Source: Neocallimastix sp. 'constans' (taxonomy: Eukaryota). From it: a DNA stretch of 64,000 bases. This document shows, in pieces, positions 1 through 13,649 of the stretch (positions are counted from its first letter, which is position 1; each line of letters starts with the position of its first letter). Below the pieces are notes generated by a model that did not search any database, was not told the origin of the DNA, and saw only the letters and a program-made list of their open reading frames with translations. A program made the position numbers and the translations under genes. The DNA lies in assembly GCA_050613775.1 (NCBI GenBank), contig JBODTK010000147.1, forward strand, positions 124,001 to 188,000. The letters run 5' to 3'.

Positions 1-1466
1 TATTCGTAATTGTCGATTTGGTGATCCAGCTATTGTTGCCTTAGCAAATGCTTTAATATTTAATGATGAATTTACCATTATTGATATTACCTTCTGTTCT
101 AAACGTTCTCGTCCACCACAAGAAAATAATATTATGGATATTATTCGTTATGATGCCTCTAATCTAGATCCAAAATGGGTATTGAATACTAATGTAACGG
201 CTAAATCGGGTCAACTCTTTGCTAATCTTGTACAACAAAGTAAGAATTTAAAGGCAATTCACTTAAGAAATGCAGCTTTTGGTGATGATTGTGCTATCAT
301 GATGGCTAATGCTCTTCAACATAATAAAAATATTGAAGATTTTGAATTAACTAATTGTGAAGTTCATGAATCTGGTGCAGTAGCCTTTGCTGAAGCTCTT
401 AAAACTAATAAAATACTTTTACGTCTTATACTTCAACAAAATCCAATTGAAGATAAGGGAGCTATTGCTATTTCTTCTGCTTTACGTAAAAATAAAACGT
501 TGAAATATTTATTGCTTCAAAAATGTGGCCTTACCTCTAAATCTATGTCCTCCTTCACCCTAACTTTTCTTAACAATTTAGGCTTAGAATTAATAAAGTA
601 GAGTATTATTTATATTTATATTATAATTTTTATTTCATTTTTTATTTTATTTTATTTTATTTTATTTTATTTTATTTTTTTTATTTTTAAATTTATAATT
701 TATTTATTTATATTTTATTTATTAATTAATTTATTTAATTTTTTATTTTTATTTTTATTTTTTTATTTTTATTTTTTATTTTTATTTTTAATTTTATTTT
801 TTTAATTTTATTTTTTATATTTATTTAATAATATATTGAATATATGTATTTTTTTTTTTTTTTTCTTTTTAAATCTTATTAATTAATTCTTTAGGTTCAG
901 TAGTAATGGTATTGGTAATGAAGGTGCAAAAGCATTAGCAGAAGGTGTTTTAGCTAATTCTCATATAAAACAATTATGGATAGATGATTGTAATATTGGT
1001 AAGAAAGGGGTACAAGCTATTTCAAAGGCTTTAGATCAAAATGTTGTTACAGAAATACAGTAAGTATTTAAACAAATAAATAAATAAATAAATATGAATA
1101 AATATGAATAACTATAAATAACTATAAATAACTATAAATAAATATATAATTTATATATATATTTATAATTATAATAATTTTTTTTTCTTTTTTTTTTTAA
1201 AAAATATTAACAAAAAAATAAAAAAAAAAAATGTTTTTTTTTTTATTAAAATAATTAGTGTTGGTTCAGTATTAAAGTTCTGGGAAAAGAAAGAAAACTT
1301 TAATTCAAGAATTATTATCCATAAAGGTAAAAACAAATATTTATATTATTATAATATTGATATTAAAAATAAAAATAATAATAATAAAAAGATACTAATA
1401 TATTATTTATTTATTTATATATGCTATTATTTGTTATTATCATTATTAATAGATCTTTTCAGTTAA
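1..1466 (+). CDS. RNI-like leucine-rich-repeat protein, 3' part (starts before the window); exons <1-597, 895-1059, 1259-1326, 1453-1466
   Basis: The frame is open from base 2 (IRNCRFGDPAIVALANAL). It has ~28-aa repeats such as LQQNPIEDKGAIAISSALRKNKTLKYLLL and FSSNGIGNEGAKALAEGVLANSHIKQLWI. GT-AG introns keep the frame. The last acceptor is ambiguous (1452 or 1462). Confidence 0.8.
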
Positions 1467-2259
1467 ACATAAGATGAATAATAATTTAGGAACCCCCCCC
1501 CCCCCCCAAAAAAAAAATAAAATAAAAATATAAAATAAAATAAAATAAAATAAAAAATTAATAGTAATAACAGCAATAAATATTTATTTATTTATATACA
1601 ATTTTAGAGTTTTAAATTATTAAATTATAATAAAAAAATTAAAAAAAAAAAAAAAAAATATGAAGATTTTTTTTTCTTTTTTTTTTTTTAAACTTTAGAT
1701 TATAATATATAGGAAGCACCATAAATATTGAAATTAAAAAAAATTATAAAAGAAACAATGGAAAAAATAATAATATAAACTAAATTAAAAAAAAAAAAAA
1801 GTCTAATTAATTAAAAGAACAAGTAAAAAAAAAATAAAAAAAGTTCAAGAAAAAAAAAAAATAAGAATAATAAAATTTAAACAAAATATAATAATAAAAA
1901 ATATTATAAAACATTCATAATATAATATCATACATTAATAAAAAACAAACAAACAAACAAACAATATATATATATATATATATAATAAAACAAAATTAAA
2001 ATTAAGATTATTAAATTAAAATTAAAACAGAATTATATATATATATATTTTTTTTTTTTAAATAAAAATGTAAAAATTTTTTTTATTAAAATCTGTAATA
2101 TAAAAAGAATTCTTTTCATTATAAATTCATAAATTTTAATATTAAAGAATTTCTTCTTTTATTAAAAAATAAAATTAAAAAAAAAAAAAAAAAAAAAAAA
2201 AGATTGAACTTATATAATATATATATATTTTATAAGTATATATTTATATTGAAATTAAA

Positions 2260-2295
<36 letters not shown>

Positions 2296-2439
2296 ATATA
2301 ATAATAATGTTTATTTTTTATTTTTATTATTGCTATTATTATTATTTAATTTTTTTTTTTTTTCTCTTTTTTTTCTTTCTTATAATTAAAAGATCTTTTT
2401 AACCTACAAAATATCTCTGTGAAATTTTTTTTTTTTTTC

Positions 2440-3369
2440 ATATGAAAATTAGAATAGAAATTTTGTCTTAGTTAAATAGTCACTTTTCTCATCCTTCAAT
2501 GTCGGTTGGTGATTTTAATTGACCTACTGAAAAATAATAAATTAGGTAAATTTGCTCTCCAAATTTAGTAATTGGAAAATTTTTCCCCTTAATGGGGAGG
2601 TGGCTCCTCAATTTCATGGAGTTAAGAGGTAATAGAGAATTCTGATATTGATTATACGATTATCAATGATCATATGGTTAGATTTACTTTCATAGGGTTA
2701 CTTTTAGTGACTTTCCCCCCTTCCTATTTCGTATCATAAGTCTTTATTAATAAAAGGTAAATGTTTTTTTTTTTTTTTTCATTAGATAATTCAGATAATT
2801 TTTTCCTCTCTGCCAAAAAAAAAAAAAAAAAAAAAAAAAAAGACAGTTAAGTGGGATAGATTAAAATGTATAAATATAAAAAAAAAAAAAAATCAATTTT
2901 CTTTTAACAATAACTATTTTTAGTGTATTAGAGGAAGTGATTCCAGATCCTGATATTTAGTATTAATGATATTTCTATAAATTTTGTTTCAACTTCATTC
3001 AATATTGCTATAAAGAACTTAAAATATCACGTCAATGTCAGTGGTAAGAAAATCTTTTTTTATCATATGTCACAGAAAATATTTTAATTTGCAAAAAAAA
3101 AAAAAAAAAAAAAAAAAAACTCAAAATAAACTTATATTAAGCCATTAAAAGAAGAAAGAAGAGGTTCTAATTATTATTTAGATGAATTTTGAAGAATTAA
3201 TTGAAAAAATATAATAGAATGTTTGTAAAAAAATTATTCATCGAAGGTGTAATAGTTTATAGGAAAGCCGGATTCCAACATTGGATCAATACAAGGATAG
3301 GAATATATGAAATCTCATAATCCAAAAAAGAAAGGATTGGAGATGGCTTAAAACAACAACAAAAGTAGA

Positions 3370-3411
<42 letters not shown>

Positions 3412-3485
3412 TGTCAAATAAAGGACATAAAATGGTAAAATTAGCTACTTCTACTAAAGAACAGTTAGAAGTATGACACGATCAC

Positions 3486-3539
<54 letters not shown>

Positions 3540-4900
3540 TACATTATGCAAGCCAATCTAATTTTATTTTAATAAGGTCTTTAATCGAATGGTCTAATAA
3601 ATTTTTTAAATGGTACAATCAGGTTATACGAGACTTAATGAATGGGGATATAAATCAAAGACATCAGTATAGAAGAAATTAAAGAAGCAATATTAGCAAC
3701 TCCAAATGATAAAGCTTTCGGCCCAAATGGAATTCCTATTGAATTTTATATATATAAAGCTAAAGCTTCATATTTCTCCTGATGACGAAAAAATTCAGAA
3801 AATAATTTTACTTTCTGATTTAAAATTTGTTTTACAGAAGATATTCTCCTATAGAATTTGGAATGGAGAATTTCTTAGTACATGGAATGAAGCAAGTATT
3901 ATATCTATTCCTAAAAAAAAATAAAAAAAAAAAAAAAAAAAAAAAGGAGATGATCTATCTGACTTGTCTGACTGTGATAATTATCAAGGTATCTCTCGGT
4001 TTAACAATGAATATAAAACTCATTTCTAAAATAGTCTCCAAAAAGAATTTCGGAATATGGACTTAAAAAAAATTAATTATATTGCTAGACCAGAGTAATT
4101 TGGATTTCGTAATAAAGAAGAAAGTGAAAGTGTTAGTTTATTTATTTCAATTCAAAATATTTGTTAAAAGGCGTAAAAAAAAAAAAAAAACAATAAATAA
4201 AGAAACTTACCTTGCTATTCTAGATTTGAAAAAAAAGGCAATATGATTCTGTTCCAATAAGGTAATAGTTTATATAAATTAAATGCTTTAGGTATTAGAG
4301 GGTAAATGATATCAATTTATATTTATAAAAAAAAAAAAAAAAAAAAATCTATATTTGACTTCCAAAGCCAGATGTTATAATTGAGGATCAATCTTCGGAA
4401 TCTTTTAATATATATGAAAGAAAGGAGTTAGACAAAGATTGTCCACTATCACTAATTCTTTTCAATCTATTTATTAATGATATTTTTTAATGATTTTTTT
4501 TCTTCAGAACTTGGAATTCCTTTAGGCGAATCAAGATGTTGTGGTGGACTCTTTGCAGATGATATTATTCTATAACGTACGCACTGTCAAGAACTAAGTT
4601 AAAAAAAAAAAAAAGTGCTTAAGAAGGTAAATGAACGGGCTAAATTTAATATGATGAATTTTTGGAATTAACAAGTGTGTATTGCAACAATGGTGATTCG
4701 ACCAGATACATCCTCTTTTTTTTTTTTTACAAAATAAAAGAAAAATCCTACATTTCATCTTGCTGGTCAACCAACCAACCCCAATCCCAATATAACTAAA
4801 ATGTTATACCTATAATAATTTATTTAGGTATACTATTTAATAAAAGCTTATATCGTTGAACCCCTCTTATTAAATTATTTTAACACTAAAGTCAACAAAG

Positions 4901-4948
<48 letters not shown>

Positions 4949-5272
4949 TTTTTTTTTTCTGTTAGTCAATTTCTTTCAAATTCCAAAAAAAAATTCCTAT
5001 TCCATTTTTTTAAAAAAGAAAGATTATAATTAACTCTTAAGGTGCTTTAGTATAAAGTTTTCTTACTTTTGCCTCCCTTTTTACTTGGTTCAAATAAAGA
5101 GAGAGAGAATAAATAAATAATACTCAAAAATTAATTCATAAAAGATTAATGATGGATTTTCAGGTTGACAACAAAAAACCAAATCTATTTAATTACCGTC
5201 TATTCTATTTCAAAAAGAAATTTAAAATATTTCCTCCATTGTCAGCAAAGTGTGCTTTGTCTCAAGTCAAAT

Positions 5273-5318
<46 letters not shown>

Positions 5319-5500
5319 ATAAATGGAAAGATTCAAATTGTATTATTTCCTATTTAGTTAATAATATTCCAAAATCTAGAAAATATACATGGACAAAAAA
5401 GAAAGTTAGAACTCCTTAAAACGTAAACTAGAGAAAAGAAGTAGGTAACGATAAAGAAATTCAAGGATTTTTTAATTGGAAAAGAGATATGAAAAATCAA
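2440..5500 (+). mobile_element. Decayed non-LTR retrotransposon (LINE) ORF2 remnant: APE endonuclease plus reverse transcriptase
   Basis: Collinear motifs broken by frameshifts and stops: VGDFN (~2505-2519), SDIDY (~2641), NDKAxGPNGIPIEFY (~3705-3750), WNEASIISIPKK (~3883), FGFRNKEE (~4100), LAILDLKK-AYDSVP (~4210-4257), LGIRG (~4290), GVRQ-CPLS..LFNLFIND (~4423-4480), LFADDII (~4549-4570), GINK-C (~4663). Boundaries are approximate. Confidence 0.85.
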
Positions 5501-6081
5501 AAAAAAAAAAAAAAAAAGAAAAAAAAAGTATTAATTAATAACAGTACAAGGGAATGGAAGGATCTATTTTTAAGTGCCAGATGAAAATCAGGTTGCTTAT
5601 TCTGTCACTCCATTCTTGGTGGTTACTGCGGCTCTTCTTCAATCAATTATACCTTATTGTTATTATTAGCTGGGCCCAGCAATGGGTCTTTGTTTAATTG
5701 GTTCAAATATAAATATCGAATTCTACTACTTACTATTACTTACTATTACTTACTACTACTTACTACTTATTACTTACTACTACTTACAATTACTTACTAC
5801 TTATTACTTACTACTACTGCAATCAAGAACGTCAATGTTGAAGAAGCCGTAAGACATGGCCAGCAGCAGGGGCTAGCACAACTAAATGAAGCATCATAAT
5901 TTCATTATCTTAAAAAAAAATTATGATTAATAATATTATGAAGTTTTAAAAATAATAAAAATAAAAATAAAAAAAAAAAAAAAAAAAATAATAATTATAC
6001 TATAGTATGATAATGACGTAATATGAATTAAATGAATTTTAGAATACATTATACCATTATTTTATTTTATTTTATATTGTG

Positions 6082-6112
<31 letters not shown>

Positions 6113-6477
6113 TATTATTATATGTATTTTATTAAATATTTAATTAATAAAGATGAAACAAGTTTTCTGCCATTAAAGGAAAAAAAAAAAATCTCATAAA
6201 AATATTATTTTGTTATATTTAATAAAATATGTACAAATTTATTATTATTATTATTAGTATTATTATTTTTTTATTTTTTATAATTTTTTTTTTTTTTATT
6301 TTTTATTTTTTTTATTTTTTATTTTATTTTATTTTTTTGTATTTAAATTTAGTAATTTAATACACTTTTATTATTATTATTATTTAATAAATTAAATGAC
6401 TTTTTTTTTTTTTTATATATATATAATTTAATAATTTATTTTTATTTTAAATTTTTTTTTTTTTTTTGCTTTTAATA

Positions 6478-6512
<35 letters not shown>

Positions 6513-6516
6513 ATCT

Positions 6517-6557
<41 letters not shown>

Positions 6558-6685
6558 TTTTAAATTTTCTACTTCTATTTCTAAATATCATTTTCCATTT
6601 TCCATTCTCTATTCTCTATTTTCTATCACCTAATCCCTAATCCCTAATTTTTTATTTCTTATTTCCGATTTCTTCTATTCTTAAT

Positions 6686-7565
6686 TTAATCAAGTCGATG
6701 AACCACGCCTCCACCTCCTAATGGATCTAATACTATTGCTTTAACATTTTTATTCGACTTCGATGAGAGATGTCTTGTAATCACCATAGGAATTTCTAAA
6801 TCTTCTTCTCCTCCTCCTCCTTCTTCCATTTCTATTTCTAAGTTTTCTTTTTCTTTTTCTTTTTCTTTCTTTAAGGGTATAGTCATTGTAGTAGATTGTG
6901 AAGAAGGAGGTACTACTGCATACTTTAAAGATTGATAATATAAATCTTTAGCAGAATCTTTGGCACTAGTGGTAGTACTACTAATGGGATTAGCTGCACT
7001 CGCAACTACCATGGTCGTGGTCGCTGATGCTGCTAATGTTGGAGTAAGCGAAGATATAGATGGTGATGTAAAAATCGTTTCGGATAGACCAGTTGTAGTA
7101 CCAGTAGTAGCACCAGTTGTGGTACCAGTGGAAGAAGCAGTAATAGAAAGATTAGAATAAGAATGGATATTAGAATTGGAATTAGAAGGAGAATAGATAT
7201 TTGAATTTGAATTAGAATTTGAATTCGTAAAAGTATTAGAATGAGACGGTGTTTTAATATCATAATTATAAGGATTTTTTTTAGGTTTTAAATGTGGTGA
7301 TAGTAATGGATCATATTCAACATATTCTATAGAATTATGTTTTCTTGTCTTTTTTTTTTTTTTTTTTTTTTTTTAATTAAATTATATTTTATTTTTTTTT
7401 TTTTATTATATACATATAAATAGAATTATATAAATAAATTAATAAGTTAGTAAATAGATAAATAAATATTAATGAATATATATATATAAATATATATAAA
7501 TATAAATATAAATATAAATATAAATATAAATATAAATATAAATATAAATATAAATAATAAAATTG

Positions 7566-7598
<33 letters not shown>

Positions 7599-10475
7599 AT
7601 AAAAATAAATAATATATATATATATATATTTACTTTAGAAGAAGAAGAAGAAGAAGAAAGGGATGGCGAACTTATCATGTAGCTATTATATTTTTTTGAA
7701 TATTTTAAATTTACATTGGAATTGGAATTAGAATTAGAATTTGTTTTGGAAGAATGATTTAATTTAGGTGATTTCAACGAAGGAAGAGAAGTGGATGGAT
7801 GATGAGAGGAAGTATTAGTTTCTGAAGATTGATAGTAATTTTTCGAATAAGAGGTATATCCAGCATATCCATTATATCTGGTATTTCCGGTATTATTAAG
7901 CATTGAATTGGTTACGGAATGGTTGGATTTATTTTTTTTAGATTGTTTAATAAATTCAATTTCATCAAAAAGACCATGTTGATTATCACCACCTTCACCA
8001 TCATTATCATTAAATAAAATCTTTTTATTTTCTTCAATTCTTTTTTCCAACATACTATCCTTCATAGAAGGTGATGATATTAAGAAATTACGATTATTGA
8101 AATTAGATGAAAAGGAACTTTTTCTCGAATTATTTTCATTTATTGATTTCGAAATGGATGATTTTTTTGAAGAATTTATTTTAGATGAAGAAAGTGGAGA
8201 TTTAAATGACGATGCAGTATTCATTATTAATTTATTATTATTGTTGGTATTATTGTTGATATTATTATTAGTATTATTAATGGAATTATCATTGGCATTA
8301 TCATTGGTATTATCATTGATATTATCATTGGTATTATCATTGGTATTATCATTGGTATTATCATTGGCATTATCATTGGTATTATCATTGGTATTATCAT
8401 TGGTATTATCATTGGTATTATCATTGGTATTATCATTGGTAGTATTATTGGTAGTATTATTGGTATTATTATTGGTATTATTATTGGTATTATTATTGGT
8501 ATTATTATTATTAGTAGTATTATTAAGGGTATTATTAGCATTATTTGTATTAATATTATTGTTATTATTAGTAATGCTATTATCATCATTATTATTTAAA
8601 TTAGAAATTTCGTTTGTTATTTTTGATGATTTTTCAAATGGATTAAAATGAATATATGATGGAGATATCATTTTACTTTTACTATTATTATTGATATTTT
8701 TATTATCGTTGATCTTGTCATCATGGCCAGAAACGCCATCGGAATTATCTGTAGCTACAATATATTTTGAGGATTCAGTTGGTTTTTTCCATGGATCTTC
8801 CCATGGATTACTTATAGATAAGCTATTAAGATTAGATGAAAGAGTGGTGGAAGCGGATTTTTCTAATAAATTAAAGATATTATTATTAATATTAGAATCT
8901 TCTAGTTGTATATCATCAAAATGATTCTTTTGATCTTGTTTGACTTGAAAATCTATTGAATCATGATCGAGCACTTTTATGGAATCATTCCAAATATTTT
9001 CTTTATTATTCATAGTTATAGAAGAATAGTTATTAGATTTAGTATCAAAGATCTCTCTTTTAGGAGAAGAAATCGTTGAAGTAACATTAGTAGTGACTAC
9101 TGATGCAACTGAAGGTATTGAGGATTTTTCATTTAATTTGCTATTAATGGAATAAGTTGAGGAAAGATGAAGGGAAGAAATGGAAGATAAATCTGAAGGA
9201 TTTGAAAAAATATTATTTTCAACTTTATCATTTAATTTTTGATTCAGATCATTTTCTAACATATTACTTACTTCAGACTTATCAAACGTATTCACTGAAT
9301 CATTAATTTCAGTATTTTTATTAGGAGATGATGGAACATTGATATTCTTTGGCTCATTATAGATTTCATTATTAAGATTATTTTCATTACTTACTACTGA
9401 TGATTGATGATGAGCTTCAGTATTAAGGTTAGAATTTTCTATATGTGATGAACTCATGATTTTGTTAATACTTATAGATGAAGAAGATGGGGAAATATGA
9501 AGATGGTGATTATTAAATAAGATATTTTCTAATTTACTCATTGAAAGAATTAATTGCTCATAATCCTTTGAAAGTTGTTCATTATTTTGTACAGAACCGT
9601 GATCCTCCAGAAATTTTATATAATCATTATTAATTGTATTTATTAATTCTATACATTTCACCATTTGATGACTAGCATTTTTAATTAAAATTTCTAAGCT
9701 ACTAATTTTCGATTTTAATTTCTTATTTTCTTCTTCTAATTGCTTTTCACGTAATGAAGGCTTTTGCATATCTATGGTACTATTATTATTATTGGAAGAA
9801 TTTACAATATCACTTTTATTACTTTTATTAGAATCATATCTTGTCCATGATAATCTTTTATCAGCTGATTTAATTATACTTTGTATCTTATTTATTGTAC
9901 TTGTAAGATTTTGTTGATTCATACTCTCTTTATATTGTTGCTCATTACTTTTTGATAGTAACTCCACCCAATTTTCTTTTAATTTTCTTGCATTTTCAGC
10001 AAATATAATTATTTCATTTTCTTGTTCAAGTTTTGGATATTTCATTAAAGCAGTTAAGCATGTTGAATATTCTTGATTAATTACTATAAAATATATGTAT
10101 ATAATAATTAATATATCAATAATAGTACAGCGAAAAAAAAAAAAAAAAAAAAAATCAATAATAATATAAATATATAAATTAAATAAATTAAAGGTAAATT
10201 AAAGTTTAATATAATGGTCTAATATTTATTATATACTAATCATATAATAATATAAAATGAATTAACTAACTTTTATCACGAATATGCATTAACATTACTA
10301 AAACGATCCAATCAACTAATTCTAAATTATTTCCTTCAGCAAAAATACTATCCCATAATAATAATACTTCATTCATTGGAAATTCCCTACTGAATAGTAA
10401 TCTTAACCAACGTCTAATATAATATTTTATTTATTCATTTAATATTTTTAAAAAATATTAAAAAAAAAAAAAAAG

Positions 10476-10507
<32 letters not shown>

Positions 10508-11026
10508 TATATTATTATTATTATTATTATTATTATTAGTTTATTTATTTAATATATACATACAGTCCATAAAGTTGTGGTTCAATTTCATTTTTTTTTA
10601 AAGCTGCATATAAATCATTATCAACAATTTTTAACATTTCATTTTGAATTTGTTGACATTTAGCTACAATTGGAATAACATGTTTTTCCTATATTCATAT
10701 AAATAAAATGAATTATAGTTAATTGATTTATTTTTATCATCAAATTGATTTATTATTTTTAATAATAGTTTTTATTAATAATATATTCATACTTTGTTGG
10801 AATCAAAAGTAGTTGAAATCGATTCATTAAATTCATACCATGCTTTAGCCACTTTCATTACTTGACAAAATAGGAAAAACGAATCATGTTCCACATATTT
10901 ACTATCTAAAATATTAAGCATCAATTCATCTCTAGATATATAATTTTATTTGAGTTTTCATTATTAATCTTTAGTTATTATTATTATTATAATTATTAAT
11001 TTATCATTAATTATAATAAAATATTT

Positions 11027-11066
<40 letters not shown>

Positions 11067-12299
11067 TTATTTATTTTTTGTATATTTATTTATTCATTTA
11101 TTAGTTAATTAAAACTCGCTTTTACAATTTCACTGTCACTATCACTTTTGTCATAACTATTATCATTACCATTATTATTATAATTATTATTAGTATCAAT
11201 GTCATTATCAGTATTATTAGAATTAGTATTATACATTATTTATTATATTATTTATTATTTATTATTCATTATTCATTATTTATCATTTTATATTCATTAT
11301 TTATCATTTTATATTCATTATTTATCATTTTATATTCATTATTCATCATTTTATATTCATTATTCATCATTTTATATTCATTATTCATCATTTTATATTC
11401 ATTATTCATCATTTTATATTCATTATTCATCATTTTATATTCATTATTCATCATTTTATATTCATTATTTATTTTCCATTATCCATTGTTATTGTTAAAA
11501 AGGAATATTTGTTAATAATTTATTTCTTACAAATATAAATTTAAACTAAAATTATATAATTACTTTATTATAGAATTTGATGTGTCTAATTTATCATTGT
11601 CAACTACTAAAAGTATTGGGGCTAAGATTTCATGCATACCTTGACGGTAAGAAATATCTTTATTTAATTTACAATATATGAATAATATATTACATAAAAT
11701 AGTTTGAATATTGTCATTTCTAAAAAAATTAATATCGGGAAAACTTTTTTTTTTAATCATTATTAGGTAAATTAAATATAAATTTATATATATTATTTTT
11801 AATAATAAAATGATATAATATTAATAAATTTTTTTATATTTTATCTTTTATTTTTTTTATTAATTTTATTAATCATTATTATTTACGTTCTTTTAACATC
11901 TTGTTTAATGGTTTTTTGAAGTTCGGTATTATCAAAATATTGTTTCCATGGACTCTATTTATATCGAATATATATAGTGTATTATATTGATTTTATTAGT
12001 ATATAAGTTTAATATTCTTACATGTCTTCTTCATATTAATTAATTAATTAATTAAATGAATTTATTATTCATATGTTACTTCTTCTGATAAACTTAATGG
12101 ATTATTAACATTCCAATTGATTTCTTCACTATTAGCCTTGTTAGGATCAAATATAAACTTATTTTTTAAATCTTCATAATGTTGACGCTCTTTATTTATC
12201 TCAATTTGCCAAGTTGAAGTTTCTAAATTAGGTAAATAATCTAAAAAAATCTTATTTATATATATAAAAATAAAAAGGAAAATATAAATTAAATTTATA

Positions 12300-12383
<84 letters not shown>

Positions 12384-12675
12384 TTTAAATTTTTAAATAG
12401 TTTCTATTACTTTCCAACAAAGACTTCTTAATCCTTCTTTTGCTAAAAGTCCATCAAAAGCTTTCTTTTTTATGGAAGATATAGAAAGCATTGGATCTTT
12501 CATTATAAAATCCCATTTATTTCTATTCAATATACATGGTAATAATTATAATAATAAAAATAAAAAAAATGTTATTATTTTCTTAAAATTTTTTATTTAT
12601 ATTTGAATAGAAAGTAATAGTAATATATATATATATATATAATTTTCACTTTATTTCATATTCTCGTTCCTCCAT
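6686..12675 (-). CDS. TBC1D5: TBC-domain Rab GTPase-activating protein, TBC1D5-like, with a long Ser/Asn-rich C-terminal region (multi-exon)
   Basis: Spliced translation from the ATG at 12675: LRSLCWKIFLDYLP, VNNPLSLSEESPWKQYF, IKQDVKRTFP (Arg finger), YRQGMHEILAP (Gln finger), VEHDSFFLF, EPQLYG-RWLRLLFSREF. The large exon is ~10083-7634. The last exon, 7348-6686, ends LDPLGGGGVVHRLD*. Confidence 0.85.
8285..8505. repeat. Coding 12-bp tandem repeat (consensus TTATCATTGGTA) encoding (NDNT)n/(NNNT)n in the TBC gene
   Basis: 12-nt periodicity is directly visible and in frame on the minus strand. Confidence 0.9.
11265..11470. repeat. Intronic 21-bp tandem repeat (TATTCATTATTCATCATTTTA), ~9 copies
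   Basis: Visible repeat inside the TBC intron at ~10933-11563. Confidence 0.9.
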
Positions 12676-13300
12676 ATTTGTTTTTACTGATAATAAAGTA
12701 TTAAATTACATCTATAAATTTGGATATCTTTTAAGTAATAAATTTTATATTTATAAATATTTAAAAAAAATAATATTAATTTTATTTTTTTTAATCAAGA
12801 TAAATTAAATTAAATACAAATTAAATATATTCGAAAAAAAAATTTTTTTGACATTTTTTTAGATAAAATTTTACATAAAAGATTTTTTTTTATATTATAT
12901 TTTTAATTTTATTTATTTATTTATTTTTATATTAATTTTTTTAATTAAAAAATACAAAATAAAAAATTTTGACATTTTTTTCGATAAAATTTTATTTGTT
13001 TTTTTCTACTTTATGTTAATTTTACTTAACTATATATTTATTTAATTAGTTAATTATTTAATATTGTTTATTTATTTAATTATAATTATTATTTTATTAT
13101 TTTTATATAAATATTTAATATTTAATATTTTTATCTATTTAAATTATATAATATATATTTGGTATATATTTTATTGTAATATAATTATCCATATTAGATT
13201 AATTCTATTACGTATTTAAATATATATAAGAATAGTAATCATATAGATTTTGTTTTTGTTTTTCTTTTTTTGATGATTTTGTATTCTATATATTTAGATA

Positions 13301-13603
13301 TTAACGGCAGTTAATTCTGGAGAAATAATAATAATCATTCACTAGAATATATATATTTTCAGTACAGGATTGAACATCCTAATGATATTTAAATTATAAA
13401 AATATTATAGATTAATAAGTATATTATTGATTAATAGATTGTTAATATCTTTTCGAAATAGTATAAACACATATAATGATTATATATATTTTACCTTAAT
13501 ATTATTTAAGTAGGTACTAATAATATTTAATTGATTATCTGTAAGGTTTGTGCACTTTAATGATAATAAATGTGGAATATACTAATAATAGGTAATTTAT
13601 ATT

Positions 13604-13649
<46 letters not shown>

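Noticed and set aside
7270..7290. Apparent frameshift in the last TBC exon (separate ORFs 7033-7263 and 6686-7012)
   Set aside because: The T run has 8 bases, so the frame reads PKKNPYNY continuously from 7348 to the stop at 6686.
8097..8651. Leu/Val-rich 184-aa plus-strand ORF that looks like a membrane protein
   Set aside because: It is the antisense shadow of the (NDNT)n repeat in the TBC exon.
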